A model generated the notes under the pieces. That model did no database searches. It was not told the DNA's origin and saw nothing but the letters and a program-made list of their open reading frames with translations. Of a stretch of DNA of 64,000 nt, positions 42,198 to 57,386 are shown in pieces (the stretch's first letter is position 1; every line of letters begins with the position of its first letter). A program made the translations under genes and the position numbers. Source of the stretch: Eledone cirrhosa (Eukaryota); contig OZ024741.1 of assembly GCA_964016885.1 (NCBI GenBank), positions 313,720,001 through 313,784,000 on the forward strand, given 5' to 3'.

Positions 42198-42837
42198 ACC
42201 TATTCATATATATGTACTTATACATTAAAAATGTATATATACACCGTATATGCCGGTGTAAAAGTTGATCCGCTTAATCTGTAGATGATTACGGTACACA
42301 CACACACACATGTATATATATATATATAAATACAATTATATATATACCGTATATGCCAGTTTAAAAGTTGATCCGCTGCGTAGGTCGACCCATCAAATTT
42401 ATGGTGTAATTCAGGTTGAGGCCTATATACGCCGGTTAGACGACACTCCAGGTATAAGGCATTACCATCTCCCCAGCCGTAGAAATGCTTGCTGTTGTTT
42501 ATTAGCACAAAATATAAAATATGGAAATAAACACTAAATAGTTGTAAAATAAAAATGCATGTGAGGAAAGTACAATTTGTAAAATTTATTTTTCACTTAA
42601 CAAAAAGATTTTAACTGAACAGTTTTATTAGTAAACAACATGCTGCCACACCGTCATTTGATATGCGATTATTTAAAAAGCCTAGATATTCCTTATCCAA
42701 TGTGTATCAGCATTACATGGCGATATATTTTTATTTCGACCTGTTTTGTTTTGTGGGAAATTACAGCAGATTTTCCGACAGTTTACATAATTCAGTGAAT
42801 CAGTATACCATTAATCTTATAACTATGATATTCAAGA

Positions 42838-42946
<109 letters not shown>

Positions 42947-43354
42947 ATTTGTGTGAGTATGTTTGTATATATGCATTTATATCTATACGGTATATATTAT
43001 ATATATATATTTGTGTGTGTCGGTGTGTGTGTGTGTGTTTATTTAAATGTAAGAATGTCACAATTACATATCGTAGTAACTGGTAGTATATGGTAAGATC
43101 TTGGAAGGATTATATATGTTGTTTTTCTAATAATATTGTTTGTTTCTTTCATAATGTTATTAACATTGCATTTAACTGAACTAAAAATCCATTTATAATT
43201 TATAGAAGATCGATATAGTATTCAGTAAATCTACAAGTACATTTGGTTATCACAAGACCACTTTAATCTTGAAATTTGGTATTAATTTGTATCATTGATA
43301 TCTCTATTTAATTAATGATATCTTCAACATTATCATATATATTGATATTTTTAG

Positions 43355-43489
43355 AATGCCGAGAAGGAAAGTTTGGTGTTGCTTGTAATGGGACATGCCA
43401 TTGTATCAACAACATGAACTGTGACAAGCGAAATGGAACATGTTTAGATGGATGTTCTGCAGGTTATACTGGTGACAATTGCCAAGAAG
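43355..43489 (+). CDS. EGF-like repeat exon 11 (class D)
   Basis: tttttag|...|gtatct. CREGKFGVACNGTCHCINNMNCDKRNGTCLDGCSAGYTGDNCQE. Confidence 0.85.
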
Positions 43490-43521
43490 GTATCTCATAA
43501 AATTGTTACATAATTATTATA

Positions 43522-43961
43522 CAGCCTCCCACTGATCTGCGACTACTGGACTTGAAAACTGCCGAGATCATGTAGTTTTCTCATCTGTATAAATTAGGTG
43601 ATTAATCTCATTTGTATATGAAGTTGCATACGTTAGCTCAATTTGACGATGACCAGTCAAGCCTTAAATGCATAGAGGGTTGTCCCGCTTGCTTCTGCTT
43701 AGCAACACCAGAGGTCGTTAACCCACCGGTGTTCTCATATCTACAGCTCCCTAAAATCGTATTTCTTTCGAAATACGAAATTACTGTACATATTGTATGA
43801 AGCTATGCTTGAAGAGAAATTCTGTTCCTTTTGTATTATAAGTTGAGCCAATTTATGCAGCTTCATATGCAAATGAGATTAATCACCTCATTTACACAGA
43901 CGAGAAAACTATATGTTCTCGGGTGTTTTCAAGTCCAGCAGACGCAGAGCAGTGGGAGGGA
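43522..43961. mobile_element. MITE with imperfect terminal inverted repeats of about 110 bp
   Basis: cctcccactg...atatgaagttgcata is mirrored by tatgcagcttcatat...cagtgggagg, with TA at both ends. Confidence 0.65.
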
Positions 43962-44028
43962 TAGATACGGCTTTCTAAAATCGTATTAGGTTTCGAAATA
44001 CAAAATTTCTATACATACAGTCATATAT

Positions 44029-44729
44029 ATGAAAAAGTTTGTCCTCATCAGTGGCCTTCCAACCGTCGTAGGCATTTCGTCGCATTAAAGGCCATATACC
44101 TCAGGTCGATGCGAGCAACGGCTAAAAAAAGTCGTTGGGACACGTAAATAAGGGGGACGCTAGGGTAAACAAACAAAATGGTTTAAGCAACAGAAAGTGA
44201 TGAAGAAGAAACAAGTCCCAGATTTCTATGAATATAAATTGGATGGAATCGTGAACGAGAGAATAAAGACCATCAAACCTGGTTGAAATGTGAGCAAGGA
44301 AGGAATTTCGCACAGGTCTAACGGGAGGAAGAAGGGTCTGGTCTGCGAATTCGGTAAACATAAGTTCTGTGAAGTCGCAGACGAGAGAGAGAGAAAAAAA
44401 ATTCATACCGGCTTGGCCAAGTGCCCGCGAGAAAAGGATTACGGACAGGTCAAACGGGAAGAAAGAGGAGGAGGAGAGGTAGTGACAGAGAGTGAGTGAG
44501 TGAAAGGTGAGGAAGAGGTTAACAGAGAGAGAGAGACTGCTAGAAAGTGTAAAGACACAAAGAACGAAACAGACTGGTGGCAGCGGAGGAAAAGATATAT
44601 GTGTAAATATGATAATAATGGAGCTGCGGCGCGTGCAAATGGGTTACATATGAAAAAGTTTGTCCTCATCAGTGGCCTTCCAACCGTCGTAGGCATTTCG
44701 GCTTGGCCAAGTGCCCGCGAGAAAAGGAT
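44029..44729. mobile_element. Diverged copy of the 635-bp-unit element
   Basis: Homologous to 2305-3611. Slightly more than one unit, with a different start point. Confidence 0.7.
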
Positions 44730-44744
44730 TATATATATATATAT

Positions 44745-44802
<58 letters not shown>

Positions 44803-45372
44803 GTGTATGTATGTATGTGTGTATGTATGTATGTATGTATGTATGTATGTATGTATATATGGAGGGTGACTTTGGACATCCTGCAGGACTAAAAACAAAA
44901 CCTGTCAAAGGGCAAACGAGCTCTTAAGAGTCAATGGCCATCCAAAATCACTGGGAGAGATGACCCCTTAGCCTTTGTCAAGTCAGAATTCTAGGAGAAG
45001 GAAAACTCTGATATAATACCTGCAACCCTGATGGTATCCAATGATGTTGACTTGTTCTTCTTTTTGGTAAATATCATCTTGGTTAAGAGAGTGGGACTGG
45101 CTTTGTGCAGTGCCTTTGCTCACTATAAAAGCTTCACGGCACAGGCATTGCTTTATATCTGGAGATCTCTCTGCACTTGTCGTCACATGGTACCAAAGGC
45201 AATGCACTATGTGTCAATAATTGTCACAAGTGTAGTGTTTGTACCAGAGTTTTCAAGTCGCTGGCTGGACTAAAAAGTCACACTCGTTCAGCGCATCGGT
45301 AGGGGTTCTCCTACACGGATATAAAGTAATGGCCGTACTCGAAAACGAGTTGACAGCCACCATATATATATG

Positions 45373-45437
<65 letters not shown>

Positions 45438-45498
45438 GTGTATGTATGTATATATATATATATAGATATATATGTATATATATATATATATGTGTATG

Positions 45499-45558
<60 letters not shown>

Positions 45559-45618
45559 TGTATGTATGTATGTATGTATATATATATGTATATATGTATA
45601 TGTATATATGTATATATG

Positions 45619-45649
<31 letters not shown>

Positions 45650-45666
45650 GTATATATGTATATATG

Positions 45667-45733
<67 letters not shown>

Positions 45734-45848
45734 AGGGTTTTTGGTTCACCACTGCATAGACCTGGTCATTCCGTATGGTCAATCTCGATGTAATGCAACT
45801 CACCCGTCTGCGTTTGTGTAGCTGGTGGTGCGAGTGCGGAGTTAATTA

Positions 45849-46259
45849 TTATAAAATAACAGGAGGTTGGACTGGTATAAATTCTTGAAAGGTTTATTAT
45901 ACTATCATGATTTCAATGACAGGGTTCAGTATGAATCCGGTGATATCATCAGGTATCCAAAATATAACGAAGGAATATAACAGATAAAATCCATGGGGTT
46001 GAAAATCAGAGACAAGAGGACGACCGCCTATTTAGCAGCTTCTACCTCAGGGCGGCCGACTGAGGTAGAAGCTGCTAATTAGTTGGTCGCCCTCTTGTCT
46101 CTGATTTCAGCCCCATGGATTTTATCTGTTATATTCCTTTGTTATATTCTGAATACCTGATGATATCACGGGATTCATACTGAACCCGGTCATTGAAATG
46201 ATCAAGTATAATAAACCTTCCAATGATTTACACCAGTCCAACCTCTTGTTATTTTATAA
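45849..46259. repeat. Palindrome with arms of about 200 bp and a hammerhead motif in each arm
   Basis: Arms 45849-46050 and 46060-46259. Confidence 0.8.
45899..45956 (-). ncRNA. Type I hammerhead motif
   Basis: Minus strand: atac CTGATGA tatcaccggattcatactgaaccctgtcatt GAAA TCATGA TA gtat. Confidence 0.65.
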
Positions 46260-46278
46260 AATATATATGTATATATAA

Positions 46279-46467
<189 letters not shown>

Positions 46468-46614
46468 TATATATATACGTTATTCCGGGTTGAATCGGAG
46501 GTAACCACAGTAAGTAAGGTACTCAATACATAGCAGAGTATAAAAGTTTTAATATAGATGAGATTCTACTGGACTAGAACTGTTTCATTCTTGAGAAATC
46601 ATCAGGAATCTGAT

Positions 46615-46663
46615 GATTCCTGATGATTTCTAAAGAAGGAAACAGTTCTAGTCCTGTAGAATC
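46615..46663 (+). ncRNA. Type I hammerhead ribozyme (sense to host gene)
   Basis: gattc CTGATGA tttc taaa gaag GAAA CAG ttctagtc CTG TA gaatc. All three stems pair. A mirror copy lies on the minus strand at 46562-46610. Confidence 0.75.
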
Positions 46664-46676
46664 TCATCTATATCAA

Positions 46677-46720
<44 letters not shown>

Positions 46721-46725
<5 letters not shown>

Positions 46726-47089
46726 TAAACGGAATAGAAAATGCTGACAAATTGTTCACAGTTGAAAAATGGTTTAATTAGGAATAAAAGAGTATTAGTA
46801 ATTGTATGGTTTAGTATTCAGTTGTGGTTTTAAGTTTTTAAGTTTTTAACGGATAACATAAAAACAGGTAGAATTCCCAAAACTAATCAGATCAGAGCAA
46901 ATAACACGGACACTCTATCTCAAAATTATTTTTGAAAAGCATTTAGAAATGCGCAACCGGCAAAAACTTAAAAACTTAAAACCACAACTGAATACTAACC
47001 CATACAATTACTAATACTCTTTTATTCCTAATTAAACCATTTTTCAACTGTGAACAATTTGTCAGCATTTTCTATTCCGTTTACCAATA
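46721..47089. repeat. Inverted repeat, arms about 125 bp, spacer about 115 bp
   Basis: attggtaaacggaatag...gtttt is mirrored by aaaac...ctattccgtttaccaat. Confidence 0.75.
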
Positions 47090-47122
47090 TATAATAACTT
47101 GTGTGTTACACCTCTATTCTTT

Positions 47123-47157
<35 letters not shown>

Positions 47158-47163
<6 letters not shown>

Positions 47164-47761
47164 GGAAGAAGAAAATTGCTTATTGTAATCCAGTTCGTGG
47201 TTAAGACAGCCAGTTTCATGGTTAGGGGTAACTCCACAAGTTTGTAAGAATCACGTTCAATCTTGGGCTGTAAAGGATAAAAGAGAAAACACAGGTAAGC
47301 ATTAACAAAAGGATTTTATCCAAGTATTTACGACCGTTTCATTGGTAAGTGAACCTTATATTGCTATACTGCAAATAGCAGCCACTCAATAATAATTGTT
47401 GTACACGTCCAAATATTCAAAATAGTGAATAAGTTACTCTTAACAAGTTCTTAATATATAGAGAAAAACATTTTTTGGAATTTATTTGGTAGTATAGAGA
47501 GAGCGGAAGTGGAATTAGAAAGTGGGGGGGGGGACAAAGGGAGGAGTATAGAGAGAGACGAAGGGTGAGAAGAATAGGAAGTAGAGTGATAAACTGAGAT
47601 GGAAGGAAGGGTATAGATGGAAGGAATATTTGATCAGTTTTGATATATGTAAACATGATGTCGTCGATTTAGAGTGTAGTGAGTTAAAGAGAATTAAATC
47701 GTTTATAGTGGAAGGGATGGAGAGAGAGAGAGAAAGGGAGTGAAAGAGAGAGAGAGGGGGG

Positions 47762-47792
<31 letters not shown>

Positions 47793-49438
47793 ATAATAAA
47801 TAAATAAAATAAAGAAGGGGGAGGAAGAAGAAAAGAAAATCATAAAAAAGGAGAGAGAAGAAAGGAAGAAAATAAAAAGAAATAAAAAAGGAATCAAGGA
47901 GAAGGGAGGGATATAGGTATTGTTTTTTGTGGGTAATTAAAGGGGTTGTATACAATAAGAGGATAGAAAGTCTAAGTATATGCAGTGTGTCTGGTGGTAG
48001 TAAGAGGTTAAGTGTTCGATTTGCACTTGTAGTGCGAAAACTTTTATTTGAGTCTATGGTTACAATAAATCGATCTTTCGATTTTATTGTTGAGTAACTT
48101 ATTTTTCGAACTCAAAATGTGGAACAGCTGAAGGTCACATAATCGACAGCTTCTCATACCACTCAGATATGGGGGCGCGTTCGATAATTTTTTCCACTTC
48201 AGGGTGTATTGATGGTTACTTTCCCTCCGTTGCCAGGTCTTGTTCGCAAGGGTAGTTACATAACGATGCTGGGAATGTTTTATTGCGTAACGGTGTGTAT
48301 ACCAACGAGCTTTAAATGTATTCCCAGTCGCTCCGATGTAATACCATTTCTGGTTGTCTGATTCCACTGTGTATTGGTAAACCAGGCTAGACTGCATACA
48401 TTCGTTATGTAATGGACAGGTTTCAGGTAGGTGGCAATTACAATTCTTGTCATGGGCAACCTTGGCATTGTGAGTGGGCTGCGATGCCTGTACAAGTGTG
48501 TTACGTCTTGTTTGCCTATTAGTGGGTGGTTGTGTATTAGATATTCTGTTGTGTTCAATGGTAATTGTATTGTTATTGTTACAAATTTGTGTTCTGGTGT
48601 TGTTACGTATCTTTTTAGCGTTAAGCATCTTAATGCGTGCCTCTATGTTTGGTGCCGTGGAGTAAGATAGTCTAATAGATTTAGTGTTAAGTATTTTGCT
48701 GTATCTATGTGAATCTGGAAAGTGCTTATTTATTATTCTAAAGAAGGTAGAGAGTAGGTTAGTACTAATAGATGTGTTAAATATGGGGTTATACCAAATA
48801 TATTTTCTATTGCGTGACCTGCTTGATTTCTATGTTTATTTCTATTTTCATGATAATGTTTAATTCTAGTTGTAAATGTGTGTGTGCGTGTGTTTCTGGA
48901 GTTTGTGTTTCGCGTATTCGTGTGTGCTTTGTGGAGGCTTTCATCTATATATTCTACTCTATCTAAGTGGACTGCCTTGTCTAGTGCGGTATTGTAGTAC
49001 GCTGCATGTTCCTCGCAGATTTGTTGGTTAGACGAGAGATTGGAGATCCTAAGGGATATGCTGCGTGGAACGGATGGTGGTTAGAATTACAGTTGATGTA
49101 TGATCAGTTTTCATTAATCTTGTGAAAATGTCTTATAAGTCCCGTATTTAGATTAAGCGTTGCGTCTAGAAAGTTAACTATTTTAGTGCTATATTGATAC
49201 GTTATGCTAAGGCCCAGTTTCCCGATTGTCTTTCTAATATTCTTACGCAGTCTTTCTATGCTCTGGTTATTTAGGTTCTTAACTAGGAGAAGGGCGTCGT
49301 CTCTATAGATTCCAACGTGAAGGTCGCTAAACTACCTCTGTAAATTGTGGGATATATAAATACCTACTAAATCTGTGACTTGAGCCGAGTCATTAACCCC
49401 ATCGTGATGTCGAAGTTATTTAATATATCCTTACGTTC

Positions 49439-49440
<2 letters not shown>
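47158..49440 (-). mobile_element. Penelope-like element, 5'-truncated
   Basis: GIYRDDAL at about 49290-49313 and GIY-YIG ORF 48044-48628 (LVYQY...WYYIGATG...CRLC). Confidence 0.8.
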
Positions 49441-51390
<1,950 letters not shown>

Positions 51391-51392
<2 letters not shown>

Positions 51393-54300
51393 AGGGGGTT
51401 TAACTAGGAGTTACTGCAGTTTCACCCGGGAGAGCACTCGATGTTTAGGTTCACTTCTGTGATGAGATGTAGAGCTATACAGAGTGTAATATATTGAAAG
51501 TATAAAAAGGACGATTGATTACTCCTACATTGCATTTATTGATAGGTGACGCGCGTTTCGCCACTGATCAGCTCAAGGTTCGATCTATATCGATCCTACC
51601 CGACTCAATAATCGGCAGCTCGACGGACCCTCTTAAAATGCTATAAGAAAATGAAATACATGCTATGTGGTAAAGTCAGAGTTTCAAGAGTTTGACACAA
51701 TGAGTTGTTTTGATCGGTGGGAAGGATCAAGGCGATGTACTGGCCTGTAGTGTATATGGGGGTGGATGTGATGGTGAGATGTTGGTGACGGTCGGTGGAT
51801 GAGATGGGCTGTGGTGTGGTGGTGGTGGGTTGGCCTTGGCCTGTAGAGTATGTGGGGTGGATGTGATGATATGATGGTGGTTCTGGTCGCTTACTGGAAT
51901 GGGCTGTGGTATGAGGTTAGTGGATTGTCGGTAGACGGGTTGGCGTGGGTGGGGCTGTGGTTGAGGTGTTGTTGTTTAAGGTAGTGGCGTTGGTGGTGGT
52001 GTTGTGGATGTGTTGGTGGTGTCAAGTCCTTACGGAGATACATAGCAAGACGCTCTTCGTCCGACAAATACGTTGTATATATGTATACACACACACATAT
52101 GTATATATGCGCACATATATTGATGTATAAAGACACACGAAACACATGCTCACACCCTTGCCCACACATATTGACACACGCGCATACACAACCATATGTA
52201 TATATACACACATGTATGTGCATACGCGCATGCGGACACAAATATGGAGAGTGGGGGAGTTTCGGTGGGGGTGGCGAAGGACAAAGCTGCAGGGAAGGTG
52301 AGAGGCAATGGAGAAGGTGTTATACATATATACATACACATACATACACTCATACACACATACGGATATGGGCACATACACGCACACACACGTATACAAA
52401 ATATACACATACACACACACGCGTATACGCCCACATATATATACACACACATACATAGACACACACACACACAACACATACACATACATGCACATATACG
52501 CGCACACATACACATACACACAGATTCGCCTATATACATATATGTAGACATACATATATATATATATGTACACACATATATATATATATAAATATACTTA
52601 CACGCACGCATATTTATACGCCCGTATATGTAAAAAATACTTACACACATACACACACACTTGCGTTGGTTCGGGAGTGGAGGTATATGTTGGCGGTGTT
52701 GATGAAGTATGGAGTTGTGTCTTGTGGTGATGGTGGTGGAGTTGTGAGCGACAAAAATATACAGAATCGAATAGTGCGATGGGTTACAGGTTAAAAGGTG
52801 ACATATGGAACGCGGGGGAGAAGAGTTTATGGACTTATGGTGATGTGTGTTGTGGTCATAGTGGTGGTGCTGGGGTGATATGTTCGACAATATGATTACA
52901 TGATCAGAAGTTACGGTGCGTTACAGGGTAAGGCGGACGGGGTTGGGGCCGATATAATACAGTCGATCTGGGAGTGAGGGATATGTGTTGATGATGTTAA
53001 TGATGTTAATGATTGTTGAAGTATGTGGATGTATCTAGTGGTGGCGGTGGTTGTGTGTGCGCGCGACAGTATATTTACAGGTTCGAATTTAGCATGGGGT
53101 TGTAGGTTAGGGTAGACATAGGGAACATGGGGGGATAAGGTTGCGGGAGTGTATGGTAGACATATGACGATTTGTGGTGTGGTGGTGGTGGCGATGGTGT
53201 GACATGATCGACATTGTATTTACAAGATCACGTGTTACTATGGATTGTAAGGTAAAACCTATCATAGGAGACCGATCTAACACAATGTTGCAAGGATGAG
53301 GGGTGTATGGTGATGTGATTTTTGGTGGGGGTGATGTATGCGGCATGATATATAAAATATGGGTTTAGAAGTGGTTACATGCAGTACAATAAAATAAGTT
53401 CGCTGAGCTGGGCGATGGTGAGACGGGATAGAGGTGGTCATTATTATGCTGGGTCATGGACAGTGTGATTTTTGGTGCGGGTGATGTATGCGGCATGATA
53501 TACAAAATACGGGCTTACAGATGGTTACATCAATACAATAAGATAAGATAAAGTAAAATAAAATTAAAATTAATAAATTCGTTGAGATGGGCGATGGTGA
53601 TACGGGGCAGATGTGGTTATTATTATGGTGGGTCATGGTTAGTTCGTGGCCCTCCCCCGAATGTTTGTGCGGAAAAGGTGTTCAGCCTGGTGTGTCTGCA
53701 ATTGACAATTATGTCCGACCTATAGTTTATGGCGGATTTTAATTTAATTATTTCCGCCCCCTCAGCCAGGCATAATGTGCAATGGTTTCTGTCACTGGGG
53801 ATATGTGCCACGCGTCTTTTCATTGGCCACGAAATCTGGGGTTCAATATTCCTGTCCTTGAGGTCCCAGATCAAGTCGGCCAGTCTGCTTTGGGGTCGTT
53901 TCAGACTATGTTTGAAGGAGCTTCTGTGGTTAAACCAGCCCTCCTTAAACGTAGTGGATGTCGCACCTATGTATGAGTACTCCTTATTGCCGGTTGTGAC
54001 ATCACACGGGAAAACAATATTCTTAACGAAGCACTCCCCGTTTAGTGGGCATTCGGACCGTTTTTTGCAGTTGCAGTTGGGTGTAATCGGTGTGGTGACA
54101 CGTTGGCGGTTGGTGTCATGCGGTGTGGGTGTGGTTTCGTTCTGGGTTGTGGTGGTGGTTTGTTGTGGGGAAACCATGTGTTTTCGTATGTTTGCCCTAT
54201 TAGTGTGTGCTATTGTGTGGTCTAGGTTTGGTGCTGTGGAGAGAGAGAATTTTACGGTGTGTCTATTGAAGAACTTGTGGTATTTGTGTGTGCGTGGAAA

Positions 54301-56549
54301 AAATTGTTCGAGAGTCCTGAAGAAGGTTCCCGGTATGTTAGTGGCAACGTGTATAGAATACGGGGCGTTATACCATGTGACAGGTCTACTTTGGTTTCTG
54401 CGGTGTTTAGTGAGGTTTCTGTGGTTGGATGGTAGTTTGTGTGTGTTTTTGTCAGGCGTATGTGTCATAGTGGTTCCAAGTAATCTATTGGCGTTATATC
54501 TTTTGTCTCTATTGGAACGCAAACGTGTGCGATAGTCGGAGTCGTTATTGGGGTTGGAGAGTATGGCTTTATCTCCTAGACAGTTATGTGTGGCGCTGTC
54601 TGCGCTGCCGGCTAGGGAGGGTCTTAGGTTACTGTTTGTCCTAGGTCTGGAGATTTCTTCTATGTTCATTTCTAAGGGTTGGGTTATGTTTAGCGGTGTT
54701 ACGGTTCTATTTGGGTCGATGTAAGAAATCTTCTCAGTATAAGCAGCGTTTATAAGTGCGGAGTTGTAGTATTTCGCGTGTTGTTTGAAGATGTTTTCAT
54801 TAGCGGACAGGGTGGACACTCTATTGGAGACGCTTTTACATATTGAGTTAATTATGCTCCTAGGGTGCTTGGAGTGTCTGTTGACGTATTTAAGATTTTC
54901 ATTAGGTTTGTGGTATGGACGGTAGAGGCCTGAGTCTAATTCTAGGGTGACATCTAAAAAGTTTACTGTCATATTGTTAGGTTCAATTTCTACTGCTAAA
55001 CCTTGGGTCTTAAAGATGTACCTAAGTCGTTTGTGTAGTCTATTTAGTTGGCTATTATTGAGTCCACGGGTCAATAGTAGCGCATCATCCCTGTATAAGC
55101 CACAGCCCAAAGAGGGGATCTCGTCTGTTAATATATTTAGGAGGTATATGCCTACTATATATGTAACCTGTGCTGAGTCAGTCGATCGCATGGTGATGTC
55201 GAAGCTATCTGGTCTATTCTGTCGTTCCCACAATCTTCCGTCGAATTCTAGTAAAGTTTTCCTAGCTGTTATTATTATGTCCACTTCCTTTCTAGTGAGG
55301 CTTGATCTGTTCATAGCTGAGATCATTGCCTTGTTAAGGATGCTTTGGGATATAGATGCGTAGTAGTTTGTAATGTCCAATTGGACTAATCGAACATTCG
55401 ACTTAGTTTCAATGGCACAAAACCAGTCGATTACCTCCTTTGTACAAGACCATAGGCTGAGTTTAGTTCTATTTCTAAGTTCAGGTATAATTCGGTCAAT
55501 GATTGATTTGCTAAGTCTACCTAGGTCCGATTTGGAAGGGGCTATGAGCCTGACCGGTAGTTTTGATTGGAAGTCCGGTTTATGGTCTTTAATGGATAGT
55601 CTCTGTCACCTAGGGTTGTAAGGATAGGTCCTGTCGTCAATACTCAGTTCGGTCATTATTGTTTTCGCCCGTTTGTTTATGTGTGCTAGGTTTTCTCGTG
55701 TTGATGTTTTGTATATTTTAGCGATTTCGTTTGTAATGCATTTGTTGTAGGTTTTGTACTCCAAATTATATAGGTTTCCTGTTTTATCGGCTGGTACGAT
55801 AATGCCAGTGTTATTCTTAATCTTTTTTATGGTTGATGCGAGCCCAGACAGGAAAGCACTTCTGTCAAGGTTTCGCGGCGGTTTCCTGAATCTAATGGTC
55901 CGGACCATGTTAATGATCCTGACCTCAAACTCCTCTAGGAGTGGGTTGTGCCGTGGGTTTTCGTTGATTTAAAACGTATTTTTATGTGGTTGGTGGGATT
56001 GTCAATTGATCCAGGGGACCTCCTGTTGTTGTAGTGGTAGGCCCGCCAACGAATCCTCTTGATGAAATAATTAGTCTGCATTAGTAATAGGTCCATGTAG
56101 ACATCTTCCGAAGGTATAGGAATGTCTTTTAGGGAGGAAGTGTTGTAGAACAATTCCATGGTGTTCCAGGTAAGCGCTCGACAAAGAAAGGAGCTAAATA
56201 ACCAGGAGTGTAACTAGGAGTTACTGCAGGTTCACCGGGAGAGCACTCGATGTTTAGGTTCACTTCTGTGATGAGGTGTAGAGATATAGAGAGTGTAATA
56301 TATTGAAAGGATAACAAGGACGATTGATTACACCTTCATTGCATTTATTAATAGGTGACGCGCGTTTCGCCACTGATCAGCTCAAGGTTCGATCTGTATC
56401 GATCCTACTCGACTCAATAATCGGCGGGTCGACGGACCCTCTTAAAATGCTATAAGAAAATGAAATGCATGCTATGTGGAAAAGTCGGAGTTTCAAGAGT
56501 TTGTCAAAATGAGTTGTTTTGATTGGTGGGAAGGATCAAGGGGATGTAC
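51391..56549 (-). mobile_element. Near-intact Penelope-like retroelement with pseudo-LTRs
   Basis: Direct repeats 51391-51740 and 56202-56549. ORF spans 56159 to 53623, and a short inverted fragment at about 56577-56642 mirrors about 52705-52770. Confidence 0.9.
53623..56159 (-). pseudogene. Penelope RT + GIY-YIG polyprotein with two visible lesions
   Basis: SLKDIPIP...FIKRIRWRA, VPADKTGN, IKDHKPDF, LDITNYYASI, GLYRDD, NFLDV and IVF...YIGAT. One frameshift near 55940-55960 and one in-frame TGA at 55606-55608. Confidence 0.85.
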
Positions 56550-57114
56550 AGAAAGGATAATAATGACGATTGATTACTCGATCCTGTATATTTATGTCGC
56601 TCACAACTCCACCACCACCACCACAAGACAAAACTCGATACTATATATATATACAAATATTATATATATATATGTATGTATATATGTATGTACGTATGTA
56701 TGTGTGTATGTATGTGTGTAAATATGCATTTATATACAGTATATATTATATATATATATATGCGCGTGTGTGTTTGTGTATGTCTGTGTGCGTAAGTGTT
56801 TCTTTAAATGTATGATATCGAAAATAAATATCGTAGGAACTGATAGAATATGGTAAGATTTGGAAGGATTATTTATATATGTTGTTTTTCTAATAATATT
56901 GTTTGTTTCTTTCATAATGTTATTAACATTGCATTTAACTGAACTGAAAATCTATTTACATTTTATAGAGGATCGATGTAATATTCAATAAATATACAAT
57001 TTTTTTTTATCACAAGACCACTTTAATCTTAAAATTTTGTATAAAATTGTATCATTGATATCTGTATGTAATTAATGATATCTGCAACATTATCACATAT
57101 AGTGATAGTTTCAG

Positions 57115-57238
57115 AATGCCGAGTAGGAAAGTTTGGTGCTGCTTGTAGTGGGACATGCCAATATTAACTGTGACAAGCGAAATGGAAGTTGTTGAGATGG
57201 ATGTTCTGAAGGCTATATTGGTGACAATTGCCAAGAAG
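57115..57238 (+). pseudogene. EGF-like exon 12, frameshifted
   Basis: 124 nt. An 11-bp deletion (TTGTATCAACA) gives TGC CAA TAT TAA, and there is also a TGA in the homologous frame. AG/GT retained. Confidence 0.8.
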
Positions 57239-57346
57239 GTATCTCATAAAATTGTTACGTACTTACTATACACACACACACATACACGCATAGAGACACC
57301 CACTCACACATACATACATACACATTTAACACACACTCACACATAC

Positions 57347-57386
<40 letters not shown>

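Noticed and set aside
44041-44085. Type II hammerhead in the 635-bp element (GAAA...CTGATGA)
   Set aside because: The stem II strands do not pair beyond one base and no stem I could be built, so it is not called as a ribozyme.
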